Of a DNA stretch of 64,000 nucleotides, positions 50,603 to 64,000 are shown piece by piece (positions within the stretch are counted from its first letter, which is position 1; the number at the start of each line of letters is the position of its first letter). Where the stretch lies: positions 1 to 64,000 of the forward strand of contig JAUCBJ010008070.1 in the NCBI GenBank assembly GCA_032718475.1, in the 5' to 3' direction. The stretch comes from Nemertoderma westbladi. Lineage: Eukaryota > Animalia > Xenacoelomorpha. A program made the translations under genes and the position numbers. The notes below the pieces were generated by a model. The model was given only the letters and a program-made list of their open reading frames with translations. It did no database searches and had not been told where the DNA came from.

Positions 50603-51460
50603 ACAGTCGAGGAAATCCTGCCAAGTACCTAACTGATCTAGACTTTGCTGATGACTTAGGAGTACTCTCAGAATCATTAGAGGGAGCCCAGCGGCTCCTC
50701 AGCTCATTAGAACATGCTGCTTCTAGTGTTGGTCTTTTTATTAACTCCAGAAAGACCAAAATTCTGACAGTTAACTTTGAAAGTCCTCAGCAAGTCTCTG
50801 ATCGGATGAGCATAAGCTCAAAGGATGGTATGCTTGAGCATGTGGATGACTTCTGTTACCTGGGATCATGGATCCGGAAGTCAGGTGAGGACCTTCGAAT
50901 ACGTAAGGGAAAGGCATGGGCAGCCTTGAATAGGCTTTCCAGGATTTGGAAGTCACCTAGAATTAATCGGAAACTTAAGGTCCGATTATTTAGAGCAGCA
51001 GTAGTTCCAGTACTCCTCTACGGGAGTCCATGCTGGGCTCTAACTGCTGAGGACACCAAATCTCTGGATGGCACATTCACAAGAATGCTACGCCGGGTAC
51101 ATTGTGTCAAGTACAATGTAAACATCTCCAACCAGACACTATATAACATTGGAGGTGTCTCATTGGTTCCCCCAAGCTTGACACTAGAACAAAATCGGCT
51201 CCGCTTTGCAGGACATTGCTTTCGCCGTGAGGACCAGCCAGTGCATAATCTTGTACTTTGGCAGCCTCATGGAGTGAATAAGCATGGTGGACAACCCATG
51301 ACTTTCTTGAGACGCATCTTAAAGGACACTGGCCTTGAAGATGCGGATGATCTAGCAAATGTCATGGGTGATAGGGAGTTGTGGCGGTGCGATTTTGTCG
51401 ATAAGCCGGCACAGCATTCTTAAAAATGCAGCTGCAATGCAGCATGCCGATCCTAGTAGT
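50603..51460 (+). mobile_element. 5'-truncated RTE-type LINE (second family; RT C-terminal half open to the stop at 51423)
   Basis: Motifs DLDFADD, FCYLGS, VLLYG and RLRFAGHC; short TAGTAGT tail; 12-bp TSD ACTTAGTGAAAT at 50591-50602 and 51461-51472. Confidence 0.92.
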
Positions 51461-51692
51461 ACTTAGTGAAATGATTGTCTGGTTTAAGATCTTGCATATC
51501 GGTATTATATTTGAACTCAGTTCATAAGATATATAAGAGTACATATACTACTGTACTACCGAAGCACTACTGCACTCAAATACCCCAACACCAGTATCTC
51601 GCTATCCCCAAGCCTAATACAGTCCTCCTAGGCCCAACCTCAAGGGGCGAGCCATATGAATTGGTGAGTCTCCTCCTTATCACCTAATTCCA

Positions 51693-54600
51693 TCATCCCC
51701 CCATTAAGATCGATTGGTCCTTATCAGATTGGAATCTAACGGTTTTAGTACGTGTTCGAGTTCCTTGTCTCAAGGCTGATTTGGGTGTTTCCGTAGGAGT
51801 TTCATCCTTTGTCTCTATGGAATCACTGGAGCTTGGATATGGTCGCAGGAAGCGACGATTACGCCATAAGACTTTCCCGGATGGTAATTTTACGTGGTAA
51901 TCTCTACTCATCTTTCCCCTTTCAAAAATAATCCCCTTCATTGTCCATCTCTTAGAAACGGGATCCTGTATGAGTACGTGTGTTCCAGGTTCAAGCGGTT
52001 TTAATGTGTGTGCGGATCTGTCGTAATATTCTTTCTGTTTATTTGCCTTTATAAAGTCAGTATCTGCGGCCATCGTCAGCCAATTGGCAGAGAATGTTGA
52101 GTAATGAGCTGGAACTCGTGAACGCAACGGATGTCCATACAGTATGATAGCGGGAGAATGTCCATCGATGTGTGGGGTATTTCTTAATTCTAAAAGGCCA
52201 TGAAGGAATGAATCCGTATGTAAGTTTCCGCCATCTGTTTTTGCAACCAAATTTTTTAATATGCGGACATTGACTTCAGCGTGTCCGTTGGATTGGGCAT
52301 ATGTTGGAGATGATGGTATCCATTCTACTCCCCAAGTTTTAAGGAAATCTGAAAATATCTTGGAACTGTATTGGGGTCCTCCATCTGAGCGGAGTCGAAC
52401 TGGTACTCCCATTTGGACGAAATAACCTTTGATTTCTTTCAAAACCTGTTGGGAGGTTGGAGTATAATTCCAATGAGATATGAATGGAAATCCTGAGTAG
52501 CGGTCTACATAGACTAAGTAAGTGTGTGTTCCAAGTGAGAATAGGTCTGTTGAAACAGATTCGAATATGCGTGTTGGCATAGGATCGCTTATTAGCGGTT
52601 CCTTAGGGTTGCTTGGCAACCGAAGTTGACACTTATCACATGATTGTATAGCCATTGTGAGGTCGTTCGTTATACCCAGCCAGTACACACACTGTCTGGC
52701 GCGCATTTTCGTCCTTTCAATACCCTGATGTGAGTCATGGAGTCTATTGATAACATTTTTGCGTAGGTCAAAGGGTATCACTAGACAGCACCCGAACAAC
52801 ACAAGACCGTTGTCAATTTGTCAAAAATTTTGACAAATTGGCAATTTGCGTGAGGCCCCTCAAAGCCTGTCTCAATTGATTTTATTAGTAATTGATAATT
52901 ATAGTCTAATTTAGCCGCGACTTTTATGTCTTCTATTACAGGATCAGGGAAATGGTGAGTTTCACCTGAATTCGTTCCTGCTATCATTATTGTAACGGCA
53001 TTCAGTATAATATTAGCGGTCATGTACCCAGTCGTGTTGTTAGTTTCAGTTTCGGGGTCATCGACCGGTGCTCTGGATAAGGCATCAGGTATTTTATTAT
53101 CTGAACCTTTCCGCCATTTAACAACAAAATTGTAGCTGCTGAGCTTCATTTTGTGATTGAGTAAGCGCACATTATCTATTGTGTCTAATGTTTGTTTGTT
53201 GTAAATGGACACTAAAGGACTGTGATCGGTAATTACTGTATACAATGCTAGGCCAGTAAGATAGATGCGACACTTCTGAGTTGCCCAGAGTATTGCAAGG
53301 GACTCTAGCTCTACCATCGCATATCTAGACTCCGCGTCTGATATAAAACGCGAGCCACATTGAATTAGTTTAAAACATTCGTCTTGTTTCTGTAACAAGG
53401 CATATCCTAGGCCACCTTTATGTGCCGCATCTACTTCTAAAACAATTTCGGCCTTGGGGTCAAAATTGGATAAAATTGGCGTAGATGATAAAGCAATTTT
53501 CATATTGTCAAATGCTTTCTGGTGGTTTGGTGTCCACAAAAATTGATTTTTTGTTTTCAGTATATCTCTCAAAGGACTAGCTATTAAACTTATTTCGGCC
53601 GAAAAGTGGCCCAACTGTTGTACTAAACCCATAAAGGATCGAAGTTCGGTTCTATTGGTAGGTGTAGGGAATTGACTAATCCCTTTTACCTTCACTGGGT
53701 CTGCTTTTATTCCCTCTTGCGACACTATATAACCTGCAAAATTCATTTCACTTTGGGCGAATTTGAGTTTTTTTTGGTTTATAGTGATATTATATTTCAT
53801 GCAACGTTCTAAAACGTTACAAACATTTCGGACGTGGTCCTGAAAGTTTACATTATAAATTATAATATTGGTTATTGGCTATAACCATAGGATGGCACCA
53901 CTCGGTAGGTTTATCGCCTGCTGGTTTGATAATGTTCCATTTAATTAAATTATCTATTTCAGCTTTTACTTGGTCTCGCTGTGCAAATGGAATAGGGCGT
54001 GCTCCGTGCACTGCGTACGGTATTGCGTCCTTTTTAAGGTATATTGTCATAGGCTTACCTACATCTGTACCGGACATTTGTTTCAGTTCAGTATTATTGA
54101 AAAATACGTCTGAATATATGTCCGAGAGTTTATTATGAACTCTCTCAATTTCGCATTTGTTGGGAGAAATAGGCAATTGGTTAATCCATTTTTCTCTTGC
54201 GTCATGTTTAAAAGTTTCACTTACGTTTAATTTAACGTCGTCAAGTGATCGAATTATTTCCTTCTTTTGGTTAATATTCGATCCAACTTGATCATTGGGG
54301 ACAGAGGTATTGGTAACATGTATAGGTAAGTTACACTGGCAAAAGGCAGCTGCATTGGCAAAAAGTGGCGGTGGGTTCGGAAAATGTTTAGAAACTATAT
54401 CTAATGCCTTACAAACAGATAGTGATAAATATAAACGCGGAATGCCGTCACATATTTTCACACTTTCTATTACAGACCGACCACTAATTTTGAGACAGAC
54501 CTTTATCTGGCCCAATTGTTTAATATCTTTACCATTTATACTGACTAACCGTTCTATAGACGGTTCCTGGAGGTCTGTTTCGTTTAAATTTAATGACCTC

Positions 54601-56898
54601 AAGAATGTCATGTTTGCAACTGTGCGTTGGGACCCGGTATCAGGTACTGCCTGACTATAACCAAATAATTTATCCGTTTCGGGATGGCATATCCCTACGG
54701 AAATGAGTGGCGGGTCCTCGAAATCGACCGGCGCTACTCGAACAGCTGCTTGTTCTACAGCTCCTAGGGATTTATTACGACATACGTTAGCGAAATGGTT
54801 AAGTTTATGGCACACACTACACTTTTCCCCTTTCGCTGGACACCTTTTAAAGTTAGTATGACTATATCCACATTTGGTACAAGGTTTCTTATCCTGATTT
54901 CCGGAATTCCGTTCCGGAGATGGAGACCGGTTTCTCCCGGCGCTCGTAGATCTTCTGGAAAAATATTTATTTTTCCGATATTGATTCGAAGAGGATCCTG
55001 ACTTTGAAGTCGCTCCCGCCAAACTAGTGTTCTTGAAGGACCGTGGGCCAGGACTTTCTTAACTTTGTCCTTGTATATTCGCGCCGCTTCTTCGGTCCGA
55101 CAAAATTTAATAGTCGCCTCATGGTTTAAAGGCGGTGATTTCGCCAGGAGATCCTGTCTGATTTCGTCGTTTTGAATTCCAACGGTGATCAATGTCGACA
55201 TCCATTCGTCGTCTCCCATCTCTTGTAACGCTGCAGTGTTGGCCAATTCGCTCAAACGAGTATAAAAGTTGTCGAACTTTTCCATCTCGTGTTGTCGGCA
55301 CAACGTAAGTTCCAATCTGTCGAGGGCTATATTCTGTTTTTCGCGCAGATATATTTCCAAGTTGTTTAGGACTTCAACAAGTGGTTAGGGATGTGGTTTG
55401 GGGAATCCGTACGACATATTCGAGTTTCGATAAGAATGCCGGCGAACAGTATCCGAAAAATGTAGATACCTGCTCGTCTCTCGGCTGTCGGGATAGTTGA
55501 ACAACTTTCGCGTAGTTATTCCAGGTCTTTCTCCATCTCTGGAACATCGTTATATCGACATCTTCTTCGAGATTGGGAGGTCGGTTTACGGGTGCTCGAG
55601 GTGCATTGTCCGTTTTACTTGGTGCTGGTGGGAATTAGATTAGTTGCAGGGGTTAAGAAACGAGACCACATAACGCCAACCTTACATGCACTTCACTGGT
55701 TACCTGTATGTCGCCGAATAGAATACAAAATTGCATTGATAACGTATAAATGTCTACACGGTATGGCACCTGATTATTTGACGAAACGGCTGACCCCATA
55801 CGCTCCTACTAGAAACTTACGGTCCAGTGAGCTAGAGTTGCTCCAACCCTCGCACTATAGACTTACCCACTATGGCAAGAGGGCATTCTCCGTCGCTGCT
55901 CCCACCATATGGAACTCACTGCCTGTGGAACTCCGACAAACCGTTACAATCAGAGCATTTAAGAAAAAGTTAAAAACGCATTATTTTAAATTGGAATATA
56001 ACAATGATTAATTTTTTATACGCAATGCATTTTTTAAACTCAATATTCAATTTACTTCCAGTTTTATCACATACGTCGAATTTGTTTTAGATAACTCCAC
56101 CAGCGTTCTTTTTCAATCACCCTTCGCATTCATTAGTTTCAACTCGGCCAGCCCTTATGTTTGTTCTTAACCCAGATCTTGTCCGTTTTTTAATTAACGC
56201 ATATTTTTTAATTCATTGATTGCTTTAAGTTGAAGCGCCTAGAATATATAGCCCATAGAATTACAGCATCTTGAATAGTATCGCCAATAACATTTTAACT
56301 TCAATTGATCGTTTTTAATCATGTTTTTAAGTTACAACCCATGTTTTTAGCTAACTGTTTAACGTAATTTAGTATTTAGTATATTTGGTCTGTATATTGT
56401 GGTTGTATTGTGCAGTTCTGTTGTACCAAGCGCCTTGATCTACTGCACTTTTGTAAAGGCGCTATATAAATCATTATTATTATTATATTATTATTATTAT
56501 TATAATCCTCCGGTACCGGAAGCAGTCGTCCTACTTCCTTCATTCATAGATCTACAGTCTTCCTGGTTTTGTGCAATCACCATCTTGACGTCAGACTTTA
56601 TTTGTAATAATTCGGTAGTGCATTGGTCATAATGGGTATACTCGTCAGTGAGATCCAACTGAGTTCCATCCATCGCCATTAATGATTCACCAAGATGGTC
56701 ATATGCAACTTCCAGTTTTAAGAGCTGTTTTTCCAGGTCGTTAACCAACAGAGGGTGGCGATTTACCGGATCGATGCGGTTTAAATCGCGAATACTTGAT
56801 ATACACAAATTTACGGCCCGAGTGAAACTTCCCTTGAAACCACCGAGTTTCCGCTTTAGGTGTTTCATCCCCTCGAGGTCCATAATTGAATTCCTCAC
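51693..56898 (-). pseudogene. Gypsy gag-pol, frameshifted, RT core deleted, interrupted by L2
   Basis: Two CCHC knuckles, protease DTGS, RT start (WCHPMV) joined to RT end without YxDD (~53870), RNase H (VDAA, ELE, TDH, DALSR), integrase (HHCC, SDGGPQY, NGHAE, WRNRRFL). Confidence 0.9.
55636..56503 (+). mobile_element. 3' fragment of an L2 LINE inserted in Gypsy gag
   Basis: RLVAGVKKRDHITPTLHALHWLP..FKKKLKT; 3' AGCGCC..GGCGCTATATAAAT plus (TTA)n tail. Removal restores the gag frame (TGG|FPPAPSKTD..FQRWRKTW). Confidence 0.93.
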
Positions 56899-57253
56899 AG
56901 TTGTTCCTTCCCTATTGCAGTATTGGATTTACTGTTTGGTCGGTTATCGTTTCTGGTGGGTTTGTAGGTATCGGTACTGGTATGTTATCCTGGAACGACC
57001 GAACTGCTACCCTACTCGCAGCGCCATGAAATGATTGTCTGGTTTAAGATCTTGCATATCGGTATTATATTTGAACTCAGTTCATAAGATATAAGAGTAC
57101 ATATACTACTGTACTACCGAAGCACTACTGCACTCAAATACCCCAACACCAGTATCTCGCTATCCCCAAGCCTAATACAGTCCTCCTAGGCCCAACCTCA
57201 AGGGGCGAGCCATATGAATTGGTGAGTCTCCTCCTTATCACCTAATTCCATCA

Positions 57254-60200
57254 GTTAGTAGTAGCAGTACCACGGATTAGGAACACATGAAGACCCGGTT
57301 AGTAGTAGCAGTACCACTGATTAGGAACACATGAAGACCCGGTTAGTAGTAGCAGTACCATGGATTAGGAACACATGAAAACCCGGTTAGTAGTAGCAGT
57401 ACCATGGATTAGGAACACATGAAGACCCGGTTAGTACTGTAGTAGCAGTACCACGGATTAGGAACACATGAAGACCCGGTTAGTAGTAGCAGTACCACGG
57501 ATTAGGAACACATAAAGACCCGGTTAGTAGTAGCAGTACCATTGATTAGGAACACATGAAGACCCGGTTAGTAGTAGCAGTACCACTGATTAGGAACACA
57601 TGAAGACCCGTTTAGTAGTAGCAGTACCACGGATTAGGAACACATGAAGAACCGGTTAGTAGTAGCAGTACCACTGATTAGGAACACATGAAGACCCGTT
57701 TAGTAGTAGCAGTACCACGGATTAGGAACACATGAAGAACCGGTTAGTAGTAGCAGTACCACGGATTAGGAACACATGAAGACCCGGTTAGTAGTAGCAG
57801 TACCACGGATTAGGAACACATGAAGACCCGGTTAGTAGTAGCAGTACCACGGATTAGGAACACATGAAGACCCGGTTAGTAGTAACAGTACCACGGATTA
57901 GGAACACATAAAGACCCGATTAGTAGTAACAGTACCACGGATTAGGAACACATGAAGACCCGATTAGTAGTAGCAGTACCACGGATTAGGAACACATGAA
58001 GACCCGATTAGTAGTAGCAGTACCACGGATTAGGAACACATGAAGACCCGGTTAGTAGTAGCAGTACCTCGGATTAGGAACACATGAAGACCCGGTTAGT
58101 AGTAGCAGTACCACGAATTAGGAACACATAAAGACCCGATTAGTAGTAGCAGTACCACGGATTAGGAACACATGAAGACCCGGTTAGTAGTAGCAGTACC
58201 ACGAATTAGGAACACATGAAGACCCGATTAGTAGTAGCAGTACCTCGGATTAGGAACACATGAAGACCCGGTTAGTAGTAGCAGTACCACTGATTAGGAA
58301 CACATGAAGACCCGATTAGTAGTAGCAGTACCACTGATTAGGAACACATGAAGACCCGTTTAGTAGTAGCAGTACCACGGATTAGGAACACATGAAGACC
58401 CGATTAGTAGTAGCAGTACCACGGATTAGGAACACACGAAGACCCGGTTAGTAGTAGCAGTACCACGGATTAGGAACACATGAAGACCCGGTTAGTAGTA
58501 GCAGTACCACTGATTAGGAACACATGAAGAACCGGTTAGTAGTAGCAGTACCACTGATTAGGAACACATAAAGACCCGGTTAGTAGTAGCAGTACCACGG
58601 ATTAGGAACACATGAAGAACCGGTTAGTAGTAGCAGTACCACGGATTAGGAACACATGAAGACCCGGTTAGTAGTAGCAGTACCACTGATTAGGAACACA
58701 TGAAGACCCGTTTAGTAGTAGCAGTACCACGGATTAGGAACACATGAAGACCCGATTAGTAGTAGCAGTACCTCGGATTAGGAACACATGAAGACCCGGT
58801 TAGTAGTAGCAGTACCTCGGATTAGGAACACATGAAGACCCGGTTAGTAGTAGCAGTACCACGGATTAGGAACACATGAAGACCCGGTTAGTAGTAGCAG
58901 TACCACTGATTAGGAACACATGAAGACCCGTTTAGTAGTAGCAGTACCACTGATTAGGAACACATGAAGACCCGTTTAGTAGTAGCAGTACCACGGATTA
59001 GGAACACATGAAGACCCGATTAGTAGTAGCAGTACCTCGGATTAGGAACACATGAAGACCCGGTTAGTAGTAGCAGTACCACGGATTAGGAACACATGAA
59101 GACCCGGTTAGTAGTAGCAGTACCACGAATTAGGAACACATGAAGACCCGGTTAGTAGTAGCAGTACCACGAATTAGGAACACATGAAGACCCGATTAGT
59201 AGTAGCAGTACCTCGGATTAGGAACACATGAAGACCCGGTTAGTAGTAGCAGTACCACTGATTAGGAACACATGAAGACCCGATTAGTAGTAGCAGTACC
59301 ACTGATTAGGAACACATGAAGACCCGTTTAGTAGTAGCAGTACCACGGATTAGGAACACATGAAGACCCGATTAGTAGTAGCAGTACCACGGATTAGGAA
59401 CACACGAAGACCCGGTTAGTAGTAGCAGTACCACGGATTAGGAACACATGAAGACCCGGTTAGTAGTAGCAGTACCACTGATTAGGAACACATGAAGAAC
59501 CGGTTAGTAGTAGCAGTACCACTGATTAGGAACACATGAAGAACCGGTTAGTAGTAGCAGTACCACTGATTAGGAACACATAAAGACCCGGTTAGTAGTA
59601 GCAGTACCACGGATTAGGAACACATGAAGAACCGGTTAGTAGTAGCAGTACCACGGATTAGGAACACATGAAGACCCGGTTAGTAGTAGCAGTACCACTG
59701 ATTAGGAACACATGAAGACCCGTTTAGTAGTAGCAGTACCACGGATTAGGAACACATGAAGACCCGATTAGTAGTAGCAGTACCTCGGATTAGGAACACA
59801 TGAAGACCCGGTTAGTAGTAGCAGTACCTCGGATTAGGAACACATGAAGACCCGGTTAGTAGTAGCAGTACCACGGATTAGGAACACATGAAGACCCGAT
59901 TAGTAGTAGCAGTACCTCGGATTAGGAACACATGAAGACCCGGTTAGTAGTAGCAGTACCTCGGATTAGGAACACATGAAGACCCGGTTAGTAGTAGCAG
60001 TACCACGGATTAGGAACACATGAAGACCCGGTTAGTAGTAGCAGTACCACGGATTAGGAACACATGAAGACCCGATTAGTAGTAGCAGTACCTCGGATTA
60101 GGAACACATGAAGACCCGGTTAGTAGTAGCAGTACCTCGGATTAGGAACACATGAAGACCCGGTTAGTAGTAGCAGTACCACGGATTAGGAACACATGAA

Positions 60201-63200
60201 GACCCGATTAGTAGTAGCAGTACCACGGATTAGGAACACACAAAGACCCGGTTAGTAGTAGCAGTACCATTGATTAGGAACACACGAAGACCCGGTTAGT
60301 AGTAGCAGTACCATGGATTAGGAACACATGAAGACCCGATTAGTAGTAGCAGTACCACTGATTAGGAACACATGAAGAACCGGTTAGTAGTAGCAGTACC
60401 ACTGATTAGGAACACATGAAGAACCGGTTAGTAGTAGCAGTACCACTGATTAGGAACACATGAAGAACCGGTTAGTAGTAGCAGTACCACTGATTAGGAA
60501 CACATGAAGACCCGGTTAGTAGTAGCAGTACCACTGATTAGGAACACATGAAGAACCGGTTAGTAGTAGCAGTACCACTGATTAGGAACACATGAAGAAC
60601 CGGTTAGTAGTAGCAGTACCACTGATTAGGAACACATGAAGAACCGGTTAGTAGTAGCAGTACCACTGATTAGGAACACATGAAGAACCGGTTAGTAGTA
60701 GCAGTACCACTGATTAGGAACACATAAAGACCCGGTTAGTAGTAGCAGTACCACGGATTAGGAACACATGAAGAACCGGTTAGTAGTAGCAGTACCACGG
60801 ATTAGGAACACATGAAGACCCGGTTAGTAGTAGCAGTACCACTGATTAGGAACACATGAAGACCCGTTTAGTAGTAGCAGTACCACGGATTAGGAACACA
60901 TGAAGACCCGATTAGTAGTAGCAGTACCTCGGATTAGGAACACATGAAGACCCGGTTAGTAGTAGCAGTACCTCGGATTAGGAACACATGAAGACCCGGT
61001 TAGTAGTAGCAGTACCACGGATTAGGAACACATGAAGACCCGATTAGTAGTAGCAGTACCTCGGATTAGGAACACATGAAGACCCGGTTAGTAGTAGCAG
61101 TACCTCGGATTAGGAACACATGAAGACCCGGTTAGTAGTAGCAGTACCACGGATTAGGAACACATGAAGACCCGGTTAGTAGTAGCAGTACCACGGATTA
61201 GGAACACATGAAGACCCGATTAGTAGTAGCAGTACCTCGGATTAGGAACACATGAAGACCCGGTTAGTAGTAGCAGTACCTCGGATTAGGAACACATGAA
61301 GACCCGGTTAGTAGTAGCAGTACCACGGATTAGGAACACATGAAGACCCGATTAGTAGTAGCAGTACCACGGATTAGGAACACACAAAGACCCGGTTAGT
61401 AGTAGCAGTACCATTGATTAGGAACACACGAAGACCCGGTTAGTAGTAGCAGTACCATGGATTAGGAACACATGAAGACCCGATTAGTAGTAGCAGTACC
61501 ACTGATTAGGAACACATGAAGAACCGGTTAGTAGTAGCAGTACCACTGATTAGGAACACATGAAGACCCGTTTAGTAGTAGCAGTACCACGGATTAGGAA
61601 CACATGAAGACCCGGTTAGTAGTAGCAGTACCACGGATTAGGAACACATGAAGAACCGGTTAGTAGTAGCAGTACCACTGATTAGGAACACATGAAGACC
61701 CGTTTAGTAGTAGCAGTACCACGGATTAGGAACACATGAAGACCCGGTTAGTAGTAGCAGTACCACGGATTAGGAACACATGAAGACCCGTTTAGTAGTA
61801 GCAGTACCACTGATTAGGAACACATGAAGACCCGGTTAGTAGTAGCAGTACCACGGATTAGGAACACATGAAGAACCGGTTAGTAGTAGCAGTACCACTG
61901 ATTAGGAACACATGAAGACCCGTTTAGTAGTAGCAGTACCATGGATTAGGAACACATGAAGACCCGATTAGTAGTAGCAGTACCACTGATTAGGAACACA
62001 TGAAGAACCGGTTAGTAGTAGCAGTACCACTGATTAGGAACACATGAAGACCCGTTTAGTAGTAGCAGTACCACGGATTAGGAACACATGAAGACCCGGT
62101 TAGTAGTAGCAGTACCACGGATTAGGAACACATGAAGACCCGTTTAGTAGTAGCAGTACCACTGATTAGGAACACATGAAGACCCGTTTAGTAGTAGCAG
62201 TACCACGGATTAGGAACACATGAAGACCCGGTTAGTAGTAGCAGTACCACGGATTAGGAACACATGAAGACCCGGTTAGTAGTAGCAGTACCACGGATTA
62301 GGAACACATGAAGAACCGGTTAGTAGTAGCAGTACCACTGATTAGGAACACATGAAGAACCGGTTAGTAGTAGCAGTACCACTGATTAGGAACACATGAA
62401 GACCCGTTTAGTAGTAGCAGTACCACGGATTAGGAACACATGAAGAACCGGTTAGTAGTAGCAGTACCACTGATTAGGAACACATGAAGACCCGTTTAGT
62501 AGTAGCAGTACCACGGATTAGGAACACATGAAGACCCGGTTAGTAGTAGCAGTACCACGGATTAGGAACACACGAAGACCCGGTTAGTAGTAGCAGTACC
62601 ACTGATTAGGAACACATGAAGACCCGGTTAGTAGTAGCAGTACCATTGATTAGGAACACATGAAGACCCGGTTAGTAGTAGCAGTACCATGGATTAGGAA
62701 CACATGAAGACCCGATTAGTAGTAGCAGTACCACTGATTAGGAACACATGAAGAACCGGTTAGTAGTAGCAGTACCACTGATTAGGAACACATGAAGACC
62801 CGTTTAGTAGTAGCAGTACCACTGATTAGGAACACATAAAGACCCGGTTAGTAGTAGCAGTACCACGGATTAGGAACACATGAAGAACCGGTTAGTAGTA
62901 GCAGTACCACGGATTAGGAACACATGAAGACCCGGTTAGTAGTAGCAGTACCACTGATTAGGAACACATGAAGACCCGTTTAGTAGTAGCAGTACCACGG
63001 ATTAGGAACACATGAAGACCCGATTAGTAGTAGCAGTACCTCGGATTAGGAACACATGAAGACCCGGTTAGTAGTAGCAGTACCTCGGATTAGGAACACA
63101 TGAAGACCCGGTTAGTAGTAGCAGTACCACGAATTAGGAACACATAAAGACCCGATTAGTAGTAGCAGTACCTCGGATTAGGAACACATGAAGACCCGGT

Positions 63201-64000
63201 TAGTAGTAGCAGTACCACGGATTAGGAACACATGAAGAACCGGTTAGTAGTAGCAGTACCACGGATTAGGAACACACGAAGACCCGGTTAGTAGTAGCAG
63301 TACCACGAATTAGGAACACATAAAGACCCGGTTAGTAGTATCAGTGCCACGGATTAGGAACACATGAAGAACCGGTTAGTAGTAGCAGTACCACTGATTA
63401 GGAACACATGAAGACCCGATTAGTAGTAGCAGTACCACTGATTAGGAACACATGAAGACCCGTTTAGTAGTAGCAGTACCACGAATTAGGAACACATAAA
63501 GACCCGGTTAGTAGTAGCAGTACCACTGATTAGGAACACATGCAGACCCGGTTAGTAGTAGCAGTGCCACGGATTAGGAACACACGAAGACCCGGTTAGT
63601 AGTAGCAGTACCACGAATTAGGAACACATAAAGACCCGGTTAGTAGTATCAGTGCCACGGATTAGGAACACATGAAGACCCGGTTAGTAGTAGCAGTACC
63701 ACGGATTAGGAACACATAAAGACCCGGTTAGTAGTATCAGTGCCACGAATTAGGAACACATAAAGACCCGGTTAGTAGTATCAGTGCCACGGATTAGGAA
63801 CACATAAAGACCCGGTTAGTAGTATCAGTGCCACGGATTAGGAACACATGAAGACCCGGTTAGTAGTAGCAGTACCACGGATTAGGAACACACGAAGACC
63901 CGGTTAGTAGTAGCAGTACCACGAATTAGGAACACATAAAGACCCGGTTAGTAGTATCAGTGCCACGGATTAGGAACACATGAAGAACCGGTTAGTAGTA
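57254..64000. repeat. 44-bp exon/donor satellite, main block (~153 copies, runs off the window)
   Basis: Same unit as 50126-50596. Diagnostic variants recur at offsets of 968 bp (22 units) and 1144 bp (26 units). Confidence 0.97.

Larger units (their letters stand above)
51467..57253 (-). mobile_element. Ty3/Gypsy LTR retrotransposon (defective)
   Basis: LTRs 51467-51695 and 57027-57253 (TG..CA; differ by a TA unit). PBS TGGCGCTGCGAG ends at 57026; PPT ATGGGGGGA at 51696-51704. Domain order Gag-PR-RT-RH-INT. Flanks CTTAG/GTTAG give a 5-bp TSD with one mismatch. Confidence 0.95.

Overview
This is metazoan (probably invertebrate) nuclear DNA, not prokaryotic. Only about 600 bp encodes host protein: the last two coding exons of an ESCO1/2 (Eco1) cohesin acetyltransferase (+, 4875-5026 and 20678-20810) and the first three coding exons of an LRP2BP-like SEL1-repeat gene (+, 43466-50151). 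About half the window is minisatellite (51, 50, 32, 50, 28 and 44 bp units). Most of the rest is nested retroelements: two L2-type LINE pieces; a decayed RTE-type LINE (21940-39839) carrying a BEL/Pao element, a probable solo LTR and a ribozyme repeat; and a Gypsy element hit by RTE and L2 fragments. Most short ORFs in the track are satellite or antisense artefacts. Three observations stand out. (1) A ~418-bp mobile unit fuses a tRNA-like Pol III head to a minimal type I hammerhead ribozyme; it occurs as a tandem trimer and as an independent truncated copy, both with target-site duplications (TSDs) and the same 3' end. (2) A >7-kb satellite has as its 44-bp unit the LRP2BP exon-3 end plus its splice donor. 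(3) A young RT-less BEL/Pao element has no tRNA primer-binding site (PBS) but a 12-nt PBS-position sequence complementary to its own LTR, suggesting self-priming. All calls were made by eye; family names come from recalled motifs, not database searches.
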